Below, piece after piece: positions 52,237 to 53,039 of a stretch of DNA of 53,039 nt; the first letter of the stretch is position 1; each line of letters begins with the position of its first letter. The DNA comes from Nemertoderma westbladi (taxonomy: Eukaryota > Animalia > Xenacoelomorpha). The notes under the pieces are model-generated. The model saw only the letters and a list, made by a program, of their open reading frames with translations, had not been told where the DNA came from and did not search any database. Location of the stretch: assembly GCA_032718475.1 (NCBI GenBank), contig JAUCBJ010008301.1:1-53039 (forward strand), read 5' to 3'. The translations under genes were made by a program, and so were the position numbers.

Positions 52237-52964
52237 CGCGGTAACACAAAAAATCTTATAATTATAATATGTTATATAATTAATGTTATGTTATTAATAT
52301 GATAATTTATAATTAATTATTGAGTGATAATTTCTAACTTGATATTATCATGATATGATCATGATAAGATCTGAAAAGATCTTCGTATGATATGTAATCT
52401 TATGTAAAACGCTGTGAAAGAGAGTACTCTGGTCGGTCAAATACGGCAAAAAAAATAATTATCATTATGGCCTCTGCCTCTGAATTTGGGCAGCCTCATT
52501 ATCTGGCCTGATCTTATCCTGATCGTAGTCTGATCGTAGCAGATATAATAGCCATGTTGTTACTTTCCAAGACAATAATTATAATGTTTATTGTAAAAAT
52601 GGTTTTTGATGTTTAACAAAATTGCAACCATACATTCAATAAATAAATATTTTTTTAATATTTTGTATATGTAAATTCTTAAAAGATTTTGTCATGATCA
52701 TTCTATGATCGTAGCAGATTTACAATGTATTATGATCATCGCTGCAGATGAATCAAGCACATAGCATGATCCGTATAGATCTTGGCAGATTCGTAAAGTC
52801 GCTTCGCTAGTCTAGGGCGGCTTGAAATTTCAAATTTACCTGGAGGAAAATCTTAAGTCTACCTTGAGGTAGACCTTTAAATATTTCAGGTGGGAATAAT
52901 AGTATAGTAAAATAGATTCAAGGTTAGTTTCAAGGTCAATCTCAAGATTTTTTGAGTTACTCGG
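52237..52964. mobile_element. Putative non-autonomous TIR element
   Basis: CCGCGGTAACACAAAAAATCTT at the left vs AAGATTTTTTGAGTTACTCGG at the right; internal repeated GATCGTAGCAGAT and CCTTGA/TCAAGG motifs; no clear TSD. Confidence 0.5.
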
Positions 52965-53039
52965 ACCAGGTCTGCTGGTATAATATATATACCAATTGCA
53001 GAATTGAGGGAAAGGAGCAGGTTACAGAGGCGGGCTTTT

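Overview
Eukaryotic (animal, probably invertebrate) genomic DNA. 1-2.0 kb: an intronless ORF encoding a zinc-finger/acidic protein, bracketed by oppositely oriented (CCACAR)n / (YTGTGG)n hexamer arrays. 2.7-27.4 kb: two recent, independently inserted, tail-to-tail copies of one BEL/Pao-type LTR retrotransposon family (intact LTRs, 5-bp TSDs). Both keep gag and protease but lack RT and integrase, and both carry a decayed env-like ORF. Neither has a tRNA-type PBS; instead, the 11-12 nt after the 5' LTR are exactly complementary to a site inside the LTR, the layout known from Tf1-type self-priming elements. 28.8-41.3 kb: host genes UTP25/DIEXF (3 exons), TDP2 (2 exons) and MED31 (1 coding exon), with several MITEs and a tRNA-derived SINE. 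41.8-52.0 kb: a 30-bp satellite with 3099-, 999- and 660-bp higher-order periods. All comparisons were made by eye; no database searches were run.
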